A DNA stretch of 64,000 bases from Blasia pusilla. Its lineage: Eukaryota. The DNA lies in assembly GCA_050084515.1 (NCBI GenBank), contig CM114271.1, positions 49,290,001-49,354,000 on the forward strand, in the 5' to 3' direction. The notes beneath the pieces were generated by a model. The model did no database searches, had not been told where the DNA came from, and was given only the letters and a program-made list of their open reading frames with translations. The position numbers and the translations under genes are program-made. Shown piece by piece: positions 41,500-54,767 of the stretch (positions within the stretch are counted from its first letter, which is position 1; each line of letters begins with the position of its first letter).

Positions 41500-44400
41500 A
41501 ATCGATGCTTGCGCAAGGGATGTATTTAACCTTCCCAGAAATTTTCAATAAACGTTAAGATGTAACCCAAAGCCCAAAAATCATAGAGTCTTCTTAGACT
41601 TAAAGGTGGTGTCAAAAACTTTCCACCCAAAATATGATGCTGGCCTTAAACTTGGTACACATTTTTAAGTTACTATATATTTAACCTCTCTACAAAATTT
41701 CCAAATTTTGAGTTTTAACCAGAATCCCAAAAGTTATATGGTCATTTTAAAGTCGCAAGATACGACCTTACATAAGAGAGAAGAAGGTGGCATCCATTTT
41801 CATTTTAACCAAAAGAATGTTCTTAAATTGAGACTTGGAACAATTATTTTTGGGGGTTTTATAACCTCCCTATATAATTTGAATTAAAATAGAGGCTCAA
41901 ATAAAAGCCTAAAAATCATAAGGTCTTTTTAGATATATGTTGCGTAGCCTTATAAAAGAGAAGGATGGATCCATGTTTCACTTTCACCAAAAAATGGCCA
42001 TGAGCTAAAACTTAATTGCTATACCTCATTGGGGTGTATTTAATTTTCTTACATAAATTCAATGAAAGCAAAGGTCAAATGAGAAGCCCAAAATCCATGA
42101 GGTCTTTTAAGTTTTAACACCAATTGGATAAAACTTTGTTAAAAAAAAGATAGTGTCGATTTGTTATTTTAACCAAGAAAATATCCTCAAATGACACTTG
42201 GTCCACTTGTTAATGGGGGTGTATATAATATTCCTGCAAATTTCTGAGAAAATGGAAGTCCAACCAAAAGCCCAAATTTCATAAGGTCTCATTTGACCTA
42301 CGGATAAAATCTTGTAAAAGAGCTAAAGATTACAAAAAAATCTGAAAAAAGTGATTTCCATTTTCATTTTAACCAAAATGATAATCTTGATCTAAGACTT
42401 GATATACTTATTCATCAGCACATATAACATCCATATATTAAAATATTAATCAAATGGAAGTTGAACCAAAAGCCCAAAAATCATAAGGTCTTTTAAGACC
42501 TATACAATATATCCTCATAATAGCATCCATTTTCATCATGTATATTTTTCATTTTGACCAAAAAGATGCTATTGAGATGATATTTGGCCCACTTGTTCGT
42601 GGGGAAGTAATTAATCTCCTACTAGAATTTCAAGAAAAATGGAGCTCTTGCCAAAAGCCCAAAAAAAACGGAGTTTTTAAATTTAGACCCTCGCTATATG
42701 GCTTTATGAAGGTAAAGGATGTATGCAATTTTCCTTTAAACCAAAACAATGATCATGAAATGAAAGTTGTTACCCTTATTCATTAGAGGATATACAAGCT
42801 TGCTACAAACTTTCAAGAATTTCAAAATTTGAGATCCAACCAAAGGCTCAAAAATGATAAGGTCCTTTTACACCCTCACAATTTGGCCTTATAAAGAAAA
42901 ATGGGATATTAATTTTTCATTTTAACCAAAAATTTAATCTCCAGATGAAGCTTGCAGTTATTCATGGGCTTATACATAGTGTCATAGCCTCCCTAAGGAA
43001 ACTTTCATCAAAATGGAAGTCCAATGAAAAGTCAAAAGGTCCTTCTAGACCCATGCAATATCGCCTTGTAATGAAAAAGATGATGTTTTTTTTTTTCATT
43101 TTAAGCACCAAGACATTCTTGAGATGAAACTTTTTCTATTTTTTGTTAAAATTGTATGTAACTTCATCCAAAAAAAATTAATGAAATGGAAGTTAAACTA
43201 AAAGCCCAAATCCACAAGTTTTTGTTTCACCTATGAGGTAAGACCTTGTAAAAAATATCATATCCATTTTTCATCTTAACCAACATTGTCAAGATGATCT
43301 TGCAATAAAAAATGGTGTACTTGTTGTTGGGATTTGATACAACCTTCCTTAGGCTACAAAACTTCAAGAAAAATTGAGGTCCAACCAAAGGCTGAAAAAT
43401 TAGGAGGTCTTTTAAGATCTTTGCGGTAAGAACTTGTAAAGAGAAAGGTGATATCCATTTTCCATATTACGCCCAAAAAAATAAATTTGGTTGAAGCTTG
43501 CTACACTTGTTAGTGGAGGTGTATGTAAACTTCTTACAATAATAAAAATTATAGAGAGCTCCAACCAAAATCAGAAAATTCATGGGATATTTTGAGAACT
43601 ATGTGGTAAATCCTTGTAAAGAAAAAAAGATGAATCATGTCTATTTTTCATTTAACCAAAGAATGATCTTGAGATTATCTTGATCCACTTATTCATGGAG
43701 TGAACTAAGAATGTAACCTCCCTACTAAAGTTCAAGATAAATGGAGGTCCAACCAAAAGTCCAAAAATGAGATGGTCATTTTAGACCCGTATGATAATAC
43801 TTTGTAGAAAAAGAGATCATGTCCAATTTTCATTGTAACCAATAAGATGATCTTGAGACAAAATTTGATATACTTCTCGATGGGAGTGTATGTAGCCTCC
43901 CCATAGAATTTCAATCAAAATTAATTTAGAAAAATCCCAAAAATCATAAGGTCCCATTGGACTTGCTTATTAAGATCTTGTAAAAGAAAGGGTAGTGTCC
44001 ACTTTTCATTTACATGAATGAATATGATCTTAAGCTGAAACTTAGTACAATTATTTATGGGAATGACATTGTATGGAACTTTCCTACAAAATTAGCCCAG
44101 AAATCAGGTTGTCTTCTTAGACTTACCCAGTAGGAGCCTTGAGAGAAAAAGATGGTAGGAATTTTTCATTGAACCGACAAAGAGGATCTTGATATGAGAC
44201 TTGGTCCAATCTTTCATGAAATTGTATGTAATATACCTAAATTTTCTTAAGAAAAATGGAGATCCAAAGAAAATTTCAAAAAATGATAAGGCTTTTTTTT
44301 TAAAAACACGCGTTGTTGCCTTATAAAAGTAGAGGCGGTGTCCGTTTTTTATTTTAACCAAAAGGATTATGTTGGCATCAAACTCGGTACTCTTATTCAT

Positions 44401-44700
44401 GGTAGTAGATATAACCTCCCTAAAATATTTCAAGAAAATTATGAGTCCAACAAAGGCCCATAAATCATAAGGTCTTTTTAGAGTATTACCATGTGGATTT
44501 ATAAAGAGAAAGGTAATGTTCATTTTTCATTAAAAAAGTGAACTTGACCTCAAAATTGGTGTACTAATGAAGGTAAGCTTCTTACAAAAATGAAATTAAA
44601 ATTGAGTCTAACCAAAACCCCAAAATGCATAAGATATTTTAAGACTTGTGAGGTAAGATGATGTAATTTTTCATTTTAACCAAATAAAATTTGGTACAAC
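41500..44700. repeat. Diverged AT-rich tandem array, ~180-bp unit, about 18 copies
   Basis: An AACCAAAAGCCCAAAAATCATAAGGTC-like anchor recurs at ~41564, 41717, 41900, 42077, 42261, 42464, 42650, 42838, 43023, 43195, 43383, 43563, 43751, 43930, 44095, 44265, 44449 and 44610. Confidence 0.9.
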
Positions 44701-46778
44701 TTGGTATCCGAGGCACCAACATTGAAAGACCAACATTCACACTAACAAACACTGCATTTGATTTAATATTAACACGAGTTTACAAGTACCACGGGGTATT
44801 ACAAGTGTTAAAGTAATGAAGCTCTTGCGCAGTGATCGATTCAGTAGTTTTGAACTTGCCATCGATCTCCACTCCGATTTCCGCAACGATCGGAGCTGGT
44901 AGCCGAGGGATCACAAGGTGCACTGGCGTAAGTAACTTCCAGTTTCGACGACGAATATGGGGCCAGTGAAACGGCAGCACATGCACGGAGCGGCTTAAGG
45001 ACAATGACAGCATCGCAAGGAGGTAGTTCTCCAACAAAGTATGTATGAGCCCTAGGTATGTGTCAACGCGAGGACCCAGTCTGTAAATCACGGCCTCCAA
45101 GGTTGACATCTAATAGGAGCGGGTACCAAGTGTCAAGAGGCGGAGGATGTGAGGCATGCAACCCATGCAAGCGTGCCATCTACAAAGAGACTGAAGACGA
45201 ACGTTACTTACGTTCCTTCCATGCCATGTCAGCCAGGCTGAGAATTAATTGAAAACGCCGTTTCCGCGAACGTCGGGGGTCTCTTTGCGATGGAATCCAG
45301 CCCGCACCATGGCCACCGGGGCGGAGTGATGGAGGTGATGGATCACAGCAATCCCCCGCAGCAGAGTGTGTCGTCCCGTTGACTGGATTCATGAATTGAA
45401 GTCTCTGAACCAGCGCCACCGCGAGAGTCAGCAGGCCCGTCCCCGCGCAATTCGACGTTTAATCCTGGTTCCAGATTGGAGAAGCGTGACTAGGCATTTT
45501 TACTTCGGATAGTGGAAAATCAACATGATGCGATCATTATTCCTCCGATCTGAGAGAAAACTCTTTCGCCTGCACGATCTCAGAGTGTACGATCGACCGC
45601 GCAGCCCTTGATCCGGTGCATCTCTCCATGAAATTCAGTAGCCCCAACAATCCAGCCCAGCTTGTGATGCAGAGGTCCCATCGACATCGATATTATCTAC
45701 TGGTAGTTGCTCCTCGATCAGGTATGCTCTTTTGCGTATCCATTTTTGCTGAGTTAATTATATATGCATGACCAACGATACACATTTCCGTCATTACTAG
45801 AAGAGTTAGGACATGGCTAATCAGAACTTGAAGAATGTACATAGAATATTAGATACGTGTAGGCTGATCCGATTGAAGCTGTGGTGTTGGGATGTCCCTT
45901 GTTGTTGGGTCGACTTCAAGTAACGTAAAATACGCGACAGAACGTCAACCATGTGCACAATGTCAACCATTACTCCGATTTGGTTCTTAGAGACCCATAC
46001 TTAGAGACCCATACTGCGAAGCGCATTCTCGGAGATGCGCTCACATTCTCGGATATCTGCTCTCCAAATCTTGTCTTTAATGGTCGACGGAGTACTGTAG
46101 TCATGATCCCTACTAGAGTCTGTTTGACTCTTTTGCTCCTGCCCCACGGCGGCGGAGCTCTACAAGAGGGCGCGGCATAACTCCATCGCATGGCGGTTGG
46201 GATGGAAAAGAGACTTATGGTGTGATGGAGGGGGTAGTGTGTTATATCAAAACGGAGGTACGGATTTTATTTGAGTTTTGATCTGCAACGTTTTAATCTT
46301 CTAGTGAAATATTTTTCATTTTATTTCGTAAATTTTTGTTATTTTAGGGTTTCTCATGTAGGTATTAGGGTCCTCTTTGTAATGCTTCGAATGTTTCCAA
46401 GACAACTCAGGTTGTTATTTTACACCACCCCTCTTTTTTTCCTCTATGTCCTTATTCTATAGCCACACACGTTCCTCGTTCAGGTTTGACTTATGTTTTT
46501 CTCCCTTATCCCACTCTATTCCCATCACTTTTTCCATCTATACTTTATCCATATCACTAGTACCTCCATACTATCTCTACATTATTTGGGGAAGGGGTTG
46601 GGCCATATGTCATAGGTGAAAATGGTAGATGAGAGTTCATACTAGGGAGAGCATTTCCGTGGACGGGAAGAGAGTCGGTTACCATTAAGGCTAGTTCGAA
46701 TGGGGGTTGTGGGGCGGATTTTGGCGGGTTTGTCTCTCGAGTTTGACGGAGGGGGTCATGTTCTCTTCTTGGTGAGAG

Positions 46779-49700
46779 GTGTCCATGCCTCGACCCGCAT
46801 CGGCCCCTCGCGGAGGGGCTCGTGGGTCGTCTAGCCGGGATACGAAATGCCTTTGTTGTCACGAATTCTTCACTCGTTCAGGAATTCGGAACTATTTAGC
46901 GGCTAAACATCCTGACTTTGATAGATTCGGATGGGTGGTTCCTCTAGTCGATCATGGATGCTCATCGATGCTTCATGCATCATCACCCCCTCCCGAGGCA
47001 TGGGAGTGGTTGAGGTCCCACCTTGGCAGTATTGCAAGTCTCTTTGAGACCCGTTTTCCCTGCCCGAGGTTGTTTCATAGGATCCCCCATGCTATTCGGG
47101 ATAAGCTTCGCCAGTCTTTCATCCTTCCCTTATCTAGGATCGCACTTGATTCTATGGATGAGCTCTCGTGGTATCTACTACTTCTCCTTCCACGATGGTG
47201 TCTTCGCTATACCCGAGGAGGGAAGGCTAGCCATAGAGAGGTTGTGGCCCGATTGCGGCGCTTCCGAGGAGGTGATTGGGAGTCTCTACAGAGCAAGTTC
47301 GTGGCATATGCCAGAGGTAGCACTCCACGTGGTTTCCCAGCAGACGATCTTGTAGCTGCCAGATTGCGACGATGTAGGAAACTTGGGCGAGCTGGGGAGT
47401 ACTCGCGAGCGGGTCGTGCGCTCTGCCCCATGGATATGGCTCCTCCTTCCACTGTTACCATCGACGCCCTCCGGAGACTACACCCTCGTCTAGTGGTTGA
47501 TATCCCAGCATTTGTACGTGACTTCCATCTAGACCCGTCCCTCTTTGCACGGGGACTCGGACGTTCCCCAAGGATGGTAGATGGAGGGTTGTCCGGTATG
47601 ATGTACGAACACCTTCGTGATTGCTTTCCCTCCGAGGACTCTACTAGCGGCTTTTCCGAGTTGCTTCAGGTTGCCTCTCACCTAGCTCAGGGGAGAGTCC
47701 CAACAGCAGTAGCCCAGGTATTGGGGGCGGGGCGACTTTTGGCGTTATCTAAGGAGGGTGGAGGGATCCGTCCGATTGCCATATGGGAGGTGCTCTTGCG
47801 GTTGGTGAGTTGCACTATCGCTTTGCAGTTCTGTGAGGCTTTCCAGTCACATCTGAGTCCGCACCAGTTCGGAGTGGCCATGCCACCCGGTTGTGCGGCT
47901 GTAGCCTTAGGTTTGAGGGCTTGTTTAGATATACATCTCGAGTGGGTGGTTCTCCAAGTTGATGTGGAGAACGCCTTTAACTCAGTGTCTCGAGAAGCTA
48001 TCTTCACGGAGCTGAGAGATGTAGGGGGTCCCATAGCGAGCCTGATTCCCTTCCTGCATGCTTTTTATGGGCCCCCCTCGGCCCTCTATTTTCACCATGG
48101 TAGGTTCGAGGAGGAGGTCACGGTCTTGGAGTCTGCTACTGGGACGTGTTAGGGTGATCCCTTGGGTGGTGCATTGTTTGCTTTGGCTCATTATCGAGCG
48201 GTTTTTTCTACGGTGAAGGCTTTCCTGGGTTGCATTTTCCCTTCATTGGCAGATGATACTCACATTGTCGGCCCTGGAGACTTGGTTGTTCCTGCATTTC
48301 AGCACAGTTGGCACACGTTGGCCTCGCCGTGAAGGTGGGAAAGTGCAAGGCTTGGTCTACATTAGGCTTGTCAACGGATATTCATTTATCCGACGGTTTT
48401 TTTACACCTACTGGAGGGCTTCGCGTCTTGGGAGTCCCACTAGGGAGGCAAGACTTTGTATCGAGTTTTATGGCGGCGGCTCTTACCGAGGATCTTCTTT
48501 ATGTCGACGATCTCACGAGGATTGGTGACCCTCAAGTAGCTTATGGAATCCTCTCGTCATGTTTTGCCCGTAGACCTGGTTATCTGTGTAGAACCGTGTG
48601 GGCGACTAGCCATATTTCTTCCTTGTATAGATCCTTTGATAGAAAGATTATGCACGCGTTTGGGGATCTTCTAGGACCCGGCTCATTAGAGTGCCACGCG
48701 GGGGAGTTAGCTCGTAGACAAGCTTCTTGGCCGATTGCCTTTGGTGGAGTGGGGCTCATAGCGATTGAGTTAGTGGCGTCTTCAGCCTTTTTAGGGAGTT
48801 GGGCCACTGTACCACCCCTCCTTTGCTCCCGATTTTTGGTTAGGGATAGACCACTACTTTTACAGTACGTTTCCCAGGTTGAGGATGGTCTTTTCCCACT
48901 TGAGTCTTCACTCACAGCTTGTAGAGACTCCCTTCTTGTTGAGGCTAGAGCAGTTCTTTCCGCTTTCTCTTCCCTAGTTACCTCCAGACAGTCTGGGCTC
49001 CAATCTTCTTTGATGGAAGCCCAATTTGATGCATTGTTTAGAGCTACTATGTCGGACGGGAATATCCCCATGGAGGTTCGGGCCTGTATTTGCTCTTGCT
49101 CCAGAAAGGGGGCAGCTCATGGGTGGGGGCTCGTCCCCTCATCCCGGCTTTCCGCATCGCACCATTTACCTACACTACAGCGATGAGGTTCCGATTGGGC
49201 CTGCCCCAACCAACGGTGGTTGGTTCGACACACTGCGAGTGTCGCCGAGTCTGGATCCACTTGGTGTGCATTTGGCACGGTGCCCAATTGGGGGTGAGAG
49301 GATAGCCACTCGCGATGCAATGCGGGATATTATGTTCTCTATTGCTCGGGAGAGTGGATTCCATGTACAAAGAGAGAGGCACTACTCCATGCGGGATTCC
49401 CTTATCCGTGCTGATCTCTACATGGCGAGGGAGTCTGAGGTGGTGGTAGCGGATGTTGTAGTGACAGATCCTACGCGGGAGGCGGTGCGAGCCCAAGTGG
49501 TAGCACAAGGGAGATTGCTACAAGGAGCTGCGGCGGCGGCGGTTAAGAAGACCCACATTTATAGTCGACTTCATGATGGACATCGATTTATCCCCCTAGC
49601 CATTGAGATGTATGGGGCGATGGGGGAGAGGTTTGACTCGTTCCTTACAGATTGCGCCCATCATCTCCAGTCGAGAAATGGGTTGTCCTTAGCCACTGCG

Positions 49701-49993
49701 ATACTTTATTGTAGGCAACGGGTCTCCATAGCTTTGCACCGCGCCCAGGAAAATGGGCTTCTGCGACGGGCTCAGGCGGTTGGAGACGCCAATGCTAGAG
49801 GCCCATTTAGTAGTAGTCATAGTTCTCTAGGTGTTGCTGATATTGTCTCTACTGTTGGTGATTTTGGTCGTTAGGGGGGAAGGCCCCCTTCTTTCTCCTC
49901 GGGGCGGGTTCTCGCCTCTTGAGGTCTATTTTTTGGGTCTCCATGTATCGTGATGGGTTTCCCATCCTTTTTCTACATATATATATATTTTTT
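46779..49993 (+). mobile_element. R2-group (CRE-like) non-LTR retrotransposon: zinc finger, RT and restriction-like endonuclease; pseudogenised; 5' end undefined
   Basis: CLCCHEFFTRSGIRNYLAAKH; GGIRPIAI; HQFGV; QVDVENAFNSVSR; GTC*GDPLG; LADD at ~48246-48257; GLRVLGVPLG; HLARC; RADL..ADVVVTDP..KKTHIY..FIPLAIEMYG. One stop and two frameshifts. Ends in a TA-repeat tail. Confidence 0.88.
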
Positions 49994-52227
49994 ATATTGA
50001 CTCTTTTGGCAAACCAATTATGCGACCAATCTCAAGATTCTCGACCATCCGGATAATCAATCAAATCTACGTGTTTATTTTGCCATGCCGCCATAAATGC
50101 GAGTGGACCGGGAAGAAAGGATGAATGAGAAAACTAGACCAATCGAGACTCCTAAAATAGAAATCAGCTTTGTAACAATGTAATCTATTGAGTTTTCGTA
50201 GGAACTCACGAAGCACTTTTCCAATCTATACGACAACTAGTGGAATGCACGACACAACGGATTAGAAATATTTTATAATTTATAATTATCAAAGAGTATA
50301 ATTTATTTAAAATTATTTTATTCGTTAAAAATAGATTTGTTAAGAGGATAAGTGAAGTTCACTCTCCAATCTATACTATTATGGGAGAGTCCCTTCTCTT
50401 TGCGCAAACACCTCTCCCGGCGCCACGTGGCACATTAAGCAAACCAGGGTATTTTTCGTTTAGGTCTGGCCAACGCAGATTGTTTTAGGGTTTTGCTCAT
50501 AGCTGCCCTAGCCTCGGTGTAACGCTTTTTTTCTTAACCTAGAATTTTTGTGCTTTTGATGTAAATTTAGCTCTCGCGACGGACCTAGGATTTCGTTCGT
50601 GGTCGGAACATCCTCTCTCACCAGTTTTACTTCGTTTCAAAATTCTGTCCTTTCTTCCTTGACAGTTTTGATCCTCCCGACCAGGATTGTCTGATCAAAT
50701 TGGCTTCTCATTTCTCGAGAAGTTGCGAGTGCAAGGGTTGCGAATTCAAAATTTTAGTGCTTCTCGACTTGCACCTTATTTATTCTCCCTTTCAAATAGC
50801 ACACTCCCCATTGGCTCACAACAATTGCTGAGGTAAGGTGCGCTCATTCATTCACCAACCTCTACTGAGTCATTCATACATGCTGAGCTTCATTTATTGA
50901 TGTATAGAGTAAAACGCGTCTATGCTATACTCAAGTCTACAATACTTTGAGCTCTATGCTTCTGCGAATGAACACAACAACTAACCGGAAGATGGGCTTC
51001 AAAACATTCTACTTGACAGGTACCCTCAAAGAGAGGCCTCCGATTCAAGCTCAGTGTGCCCCGATTCAGTAGCCCTTGAATGTGATCTCAAGATTCGCAT
51101 CTGCTCCAACATCTACAAAGTTCTTCTGTCCTGACCCTCCTCGAGATCTGTACTAACTTCAACAGCCCTTCGAGAGCTCTTTCACATTCGACTTTCGCTC
51201 CAACACCTTCAAAGCTCCTCGGGTCATGGCTGTCTTCCGACATCTGCAACATCTAAAATAGCAAAGGTGCAGAACCGGAAAGCTACTTAGAGATGGCAAC
51301 AAGAATCACAGCAAGAAAGTCGACACAAGGGAAGTGAAAGAGTGTGTCGAAGGTAATGAGCTCAAAAAATCATTACGGAGTAAAGTCATCGGATCTCCAA
51401 CCGTTGGAGAGTACAAAATGGTCTCCAATATCTCAGGAGGACTGTATGCGCTTGAGCAAATGGAAGATGATGCACTTGCGTGATGGTCCTTCTTGGGGAG
51501 AGCCGCTCACCCCCGTGCATGCTCCGGGCTTCGAGTATGCAATAAAAGACTCCATCCCCGCTGGAGAACACGCTACGGAATCAGACAAGGGGTACAATCC
51601 CTTGCCAGTTGAAGGAGAGGGAATAGACGTTGTAGAAGAGGAAGGGACTCCTCCCTATCGCATAAGGAGGCCTAGCATAGAAAGGGGACATACCATGGAG
51701 GGAGTCTCGGCTAAGAAGCGGAGGAAGACCCCGCACCCAAACTGGGATCATAAAAGCTCACCATCAGAGCGAAGGTCCCTGATGAATCCAAGTGTGCCTA
51801 CTACATGTAGGGACGATAAAGAGTACACCAAGAAATTGCCAAAGAAAGAGAAAAAGGGCAAAGAAGTTGTAGTAAATATTCAGATCCATATCTGAATAGG
51901 GATCTAGGAGAGGGTGAATTTGCCGATATGGAGTAAAATAGCTCGGACAACCATGTAATGCTTACTTTGAAATGATAGCGACTTGGGAAGTTTTGAGAAA
52001 ATGTTTGAATATCTCTGCCTGCCCCTCTCTCATTGTACTCAGCTTGAGTACTCTGAACTCTATCAAACACTCTCCATCTGTTCGTCCTCATATCAAGTAC
52101 TAGCTGGACTCATTCTGCACCTCCCTGTACCTTGTGCGCATGCTAAATAGTTCGGGTAGATCTCTAGAGATATGCATGAAAAAACCGCGAGAAGTTTGCG
52201 CAATAGAGACCCTAAGCGCTGTCAAAA

Positions 52228-52690
52228 AGAGCTTGACTATAAAAAATACTCAAGGCCAAACTACTAAGCCGAAGAGCTGGACTGTCAAACACTCAATACT
52301 TGAGGTGCTAAGTGGAAAGAGCCCGGCAGTAAAAAATGATTCAACATCGGAGTTGATAGGGAAGGAGCCCGAGTGTCAAAAAACCTCCGAGACTGGAACG
52401 ACTAAGCTGTAAGAGCCCGACTGTAAAAAATACCTGAGAGCCAAAATGCTAGGGAGAGAGCCCAATTGTCAAAAACACCCGAAAACAAGGGAAAGAGCCC
52501 AACTCTCACAAAACTCTGAGCGCCAAGTGGCTAAGCCGAATATGTTTTTCAAAGCATAAGCCCGAGTGTAGTTGGAGTCTTGAACCGAATTGCAAACCAC
52601 AAACACATGTCGAGAGCCCGACTGTCAAAAAAAAGACCCGAGTGCAGTTCGAGTCTCGAACCAAACTGCAAACAACATACGCTAAGAGAC
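52228..52690. repeat. ~45-bp minisatellite with conserved AGAGCCCGACTGTCAAAAA core
   Basis: Core at 52228, 52273, 52318, 52364, 52412, 52457, 52494 and ~52613. Confidence 0.85.
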
Positions 52691-54767
52691 CCAATCTACA
52701 AAGTTGTTGGAGAAGTTTGAGAGAGAAAGGGAGGAAGGAGCTGCGCCTATTGAGAAGATGACAGTTTGAGGAGAAAAGAAGAAGCCCAAAGCTTGAAGAC
52801 GAGTGGGCGGGCTGCGTGTGCTATCGAGCGTAAGCGGGGAGAAATAGAGGCTAAATTTCAATTCTCCTGAGTCGAATGGAGACAATCGAGTAGCAAGGGC
52901 CGGCAACAATTGAGTAGAAAAGACTGCCCCGCCAGGTCGCATGCGCTCTTGAGTACGCTCGAGAGCGCACACGACGAGAATCGAAGCCGAGTACTCAGCT
53001 TTGTGTGACTCGATAATTGCTCAAAGGGATGAGGGGTGCAACCGGCCAGGATAGCGGTAGCGCTTCGGGAAGAGACCGCAGCGCAAGCGAGGAAGTGAGG
53101 GAGAGGGTGGGGACGATGGGGGTAGAGGGGAAGGGGGGAGGGGGTCAGAATCTAGCGGCTCAAACCCTGAGCCGTCAAATTCACTACCTAACGGCCTACT
53201 TTGTTTGGAGATTGGTTCAAGGTGGCCCTTCGATACAGAAACGGCGCTGGTAGGGTATGGGGACTGGGTTTGGGCCTAGGGTTTTGAGGGCTAGGTTAGG
53301 GCCAGGTTTGGACTACCAAACCTGGCTGTTTTATTAATTTCCTCACAAATAGTTTTTAAAATGGCATTTTGTCCCTTTTTGACATATTTTTCCAATTTTT
53401 TCCCCCTCTTCCCACCAATTTTTTTTCTTATTTTTTCCTAAATACATTCTTTTAGGATTTTTCCCTCTTCCAACTTAAATTTTTTCCCTAATTTTTCCAT
53501 TATATTTAGAATTTTCAGAGAAGATAAAAATTAATAATCAAAACCTCCTTCCCGAAATTCTTTACTCTCCTTCCCTAAATTCTTTTCCTTCCCTCTTTCT
53601 CTTCTCTTCTTTTTTTTAGAAATTTCATTTTGTCTCTATTTTTTTCCATTCAAATTATGATTTTATAGAAAAGAAAAATAAAAATGAAAAATTGCCCCTA
53701 ATTTCTTCCCTTTTCTTTGCTTTTCTTTTCATCTCTTTATTTCAATTCTCAAGTTTAATTAATATTTCAGTGGTGTGTCATCTAGATGGTGAGTGTTGGC
53801 GGATCCTCACTAAACATGGAGAGACGGCGACTTGGTGTTATTACAAATATGTCAATTTTGCAACAAAGTCGGGGAAGACATATTGAAGAACACCTCCTCG
53901 ATGTAAGCACGTTTTTTTAGGGTAGGGAAGTAAGCACCTTATCTCCATTTTAGCGAAGATGCGTGACATACCATTTTTTTCATATATTTTTCTTATGCAA
54001 TAAGAGGATCGTTGTTGCACAGACTTCCTCTTCCATCAAATCCTACAAATTATTGTGACTTTCAAAAATTGATGTTTGTGAACGCACAACAAAAAAGGCG
54101 TACCCGTCGCAATGAAATCTTAGCACAACAAACACACGTTAAAGATGAACTCCACCCCAAAATATCTCAATGCAAGTTTACTACATTGACGCTCATTTAG
54201 CATGTCCAATTTCCTTACAAAATCTTGACTTTTCTTTTAATTTTCTAAGCTTTTCACATTCATATGTTGTTCCAGACTTCCAATCCCATTGAATCCTGCC
54301 GATATACGTGACTTTCGGAAAGTTCTTCAAGGCAAAGCCCAAAAGCAAAAGTGTGTTCTTCGCGTTGATAGAATGGAAGCTCTCAAAGAGAAAAAGGGAA
54401 TTAATATCGAGAGTATTGAAAAAGAAGGAAAGCACTTCATGGTCAAGTTCAGCCTGAGAGTATTGCAACTATTCCATTGATATGGTATCTATATCTAACT
54501 TTTTCTATTTGATTCACATTTGATTCACTTCATATTTGATTTGTATTTATTCTTATCAATATTTTGATATATTTTCCCAGGGCAATGAGGATGGAATAAT
54601 AGTAGGAGAAAATCAAGAAGCGAGCAAACAATTGACAAAGTACATTTATATATCACCAAGAATCGAGTTAGCTCACAAAGCATTGCATGAATTTATCAAG
54701 AATACATCCACGATTGGGCCACCACAAGTTGAGTTACCTAGCATTTTTCCTATTCTAATTCAAGATA

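Noticed and set aside
46260-46280. Possible TSD for the RLE retrotransposon (TTTTATTTGAG vs TTTTATATTGAC at ~49990)
   Set aside because: AT-rich and gapped match, not distinguishable from chance.
52228-52690. CRISPR array
   Set aside because: Eukaryotic TE context, degenerate repeats, linkers related to each other, and no cas genes.
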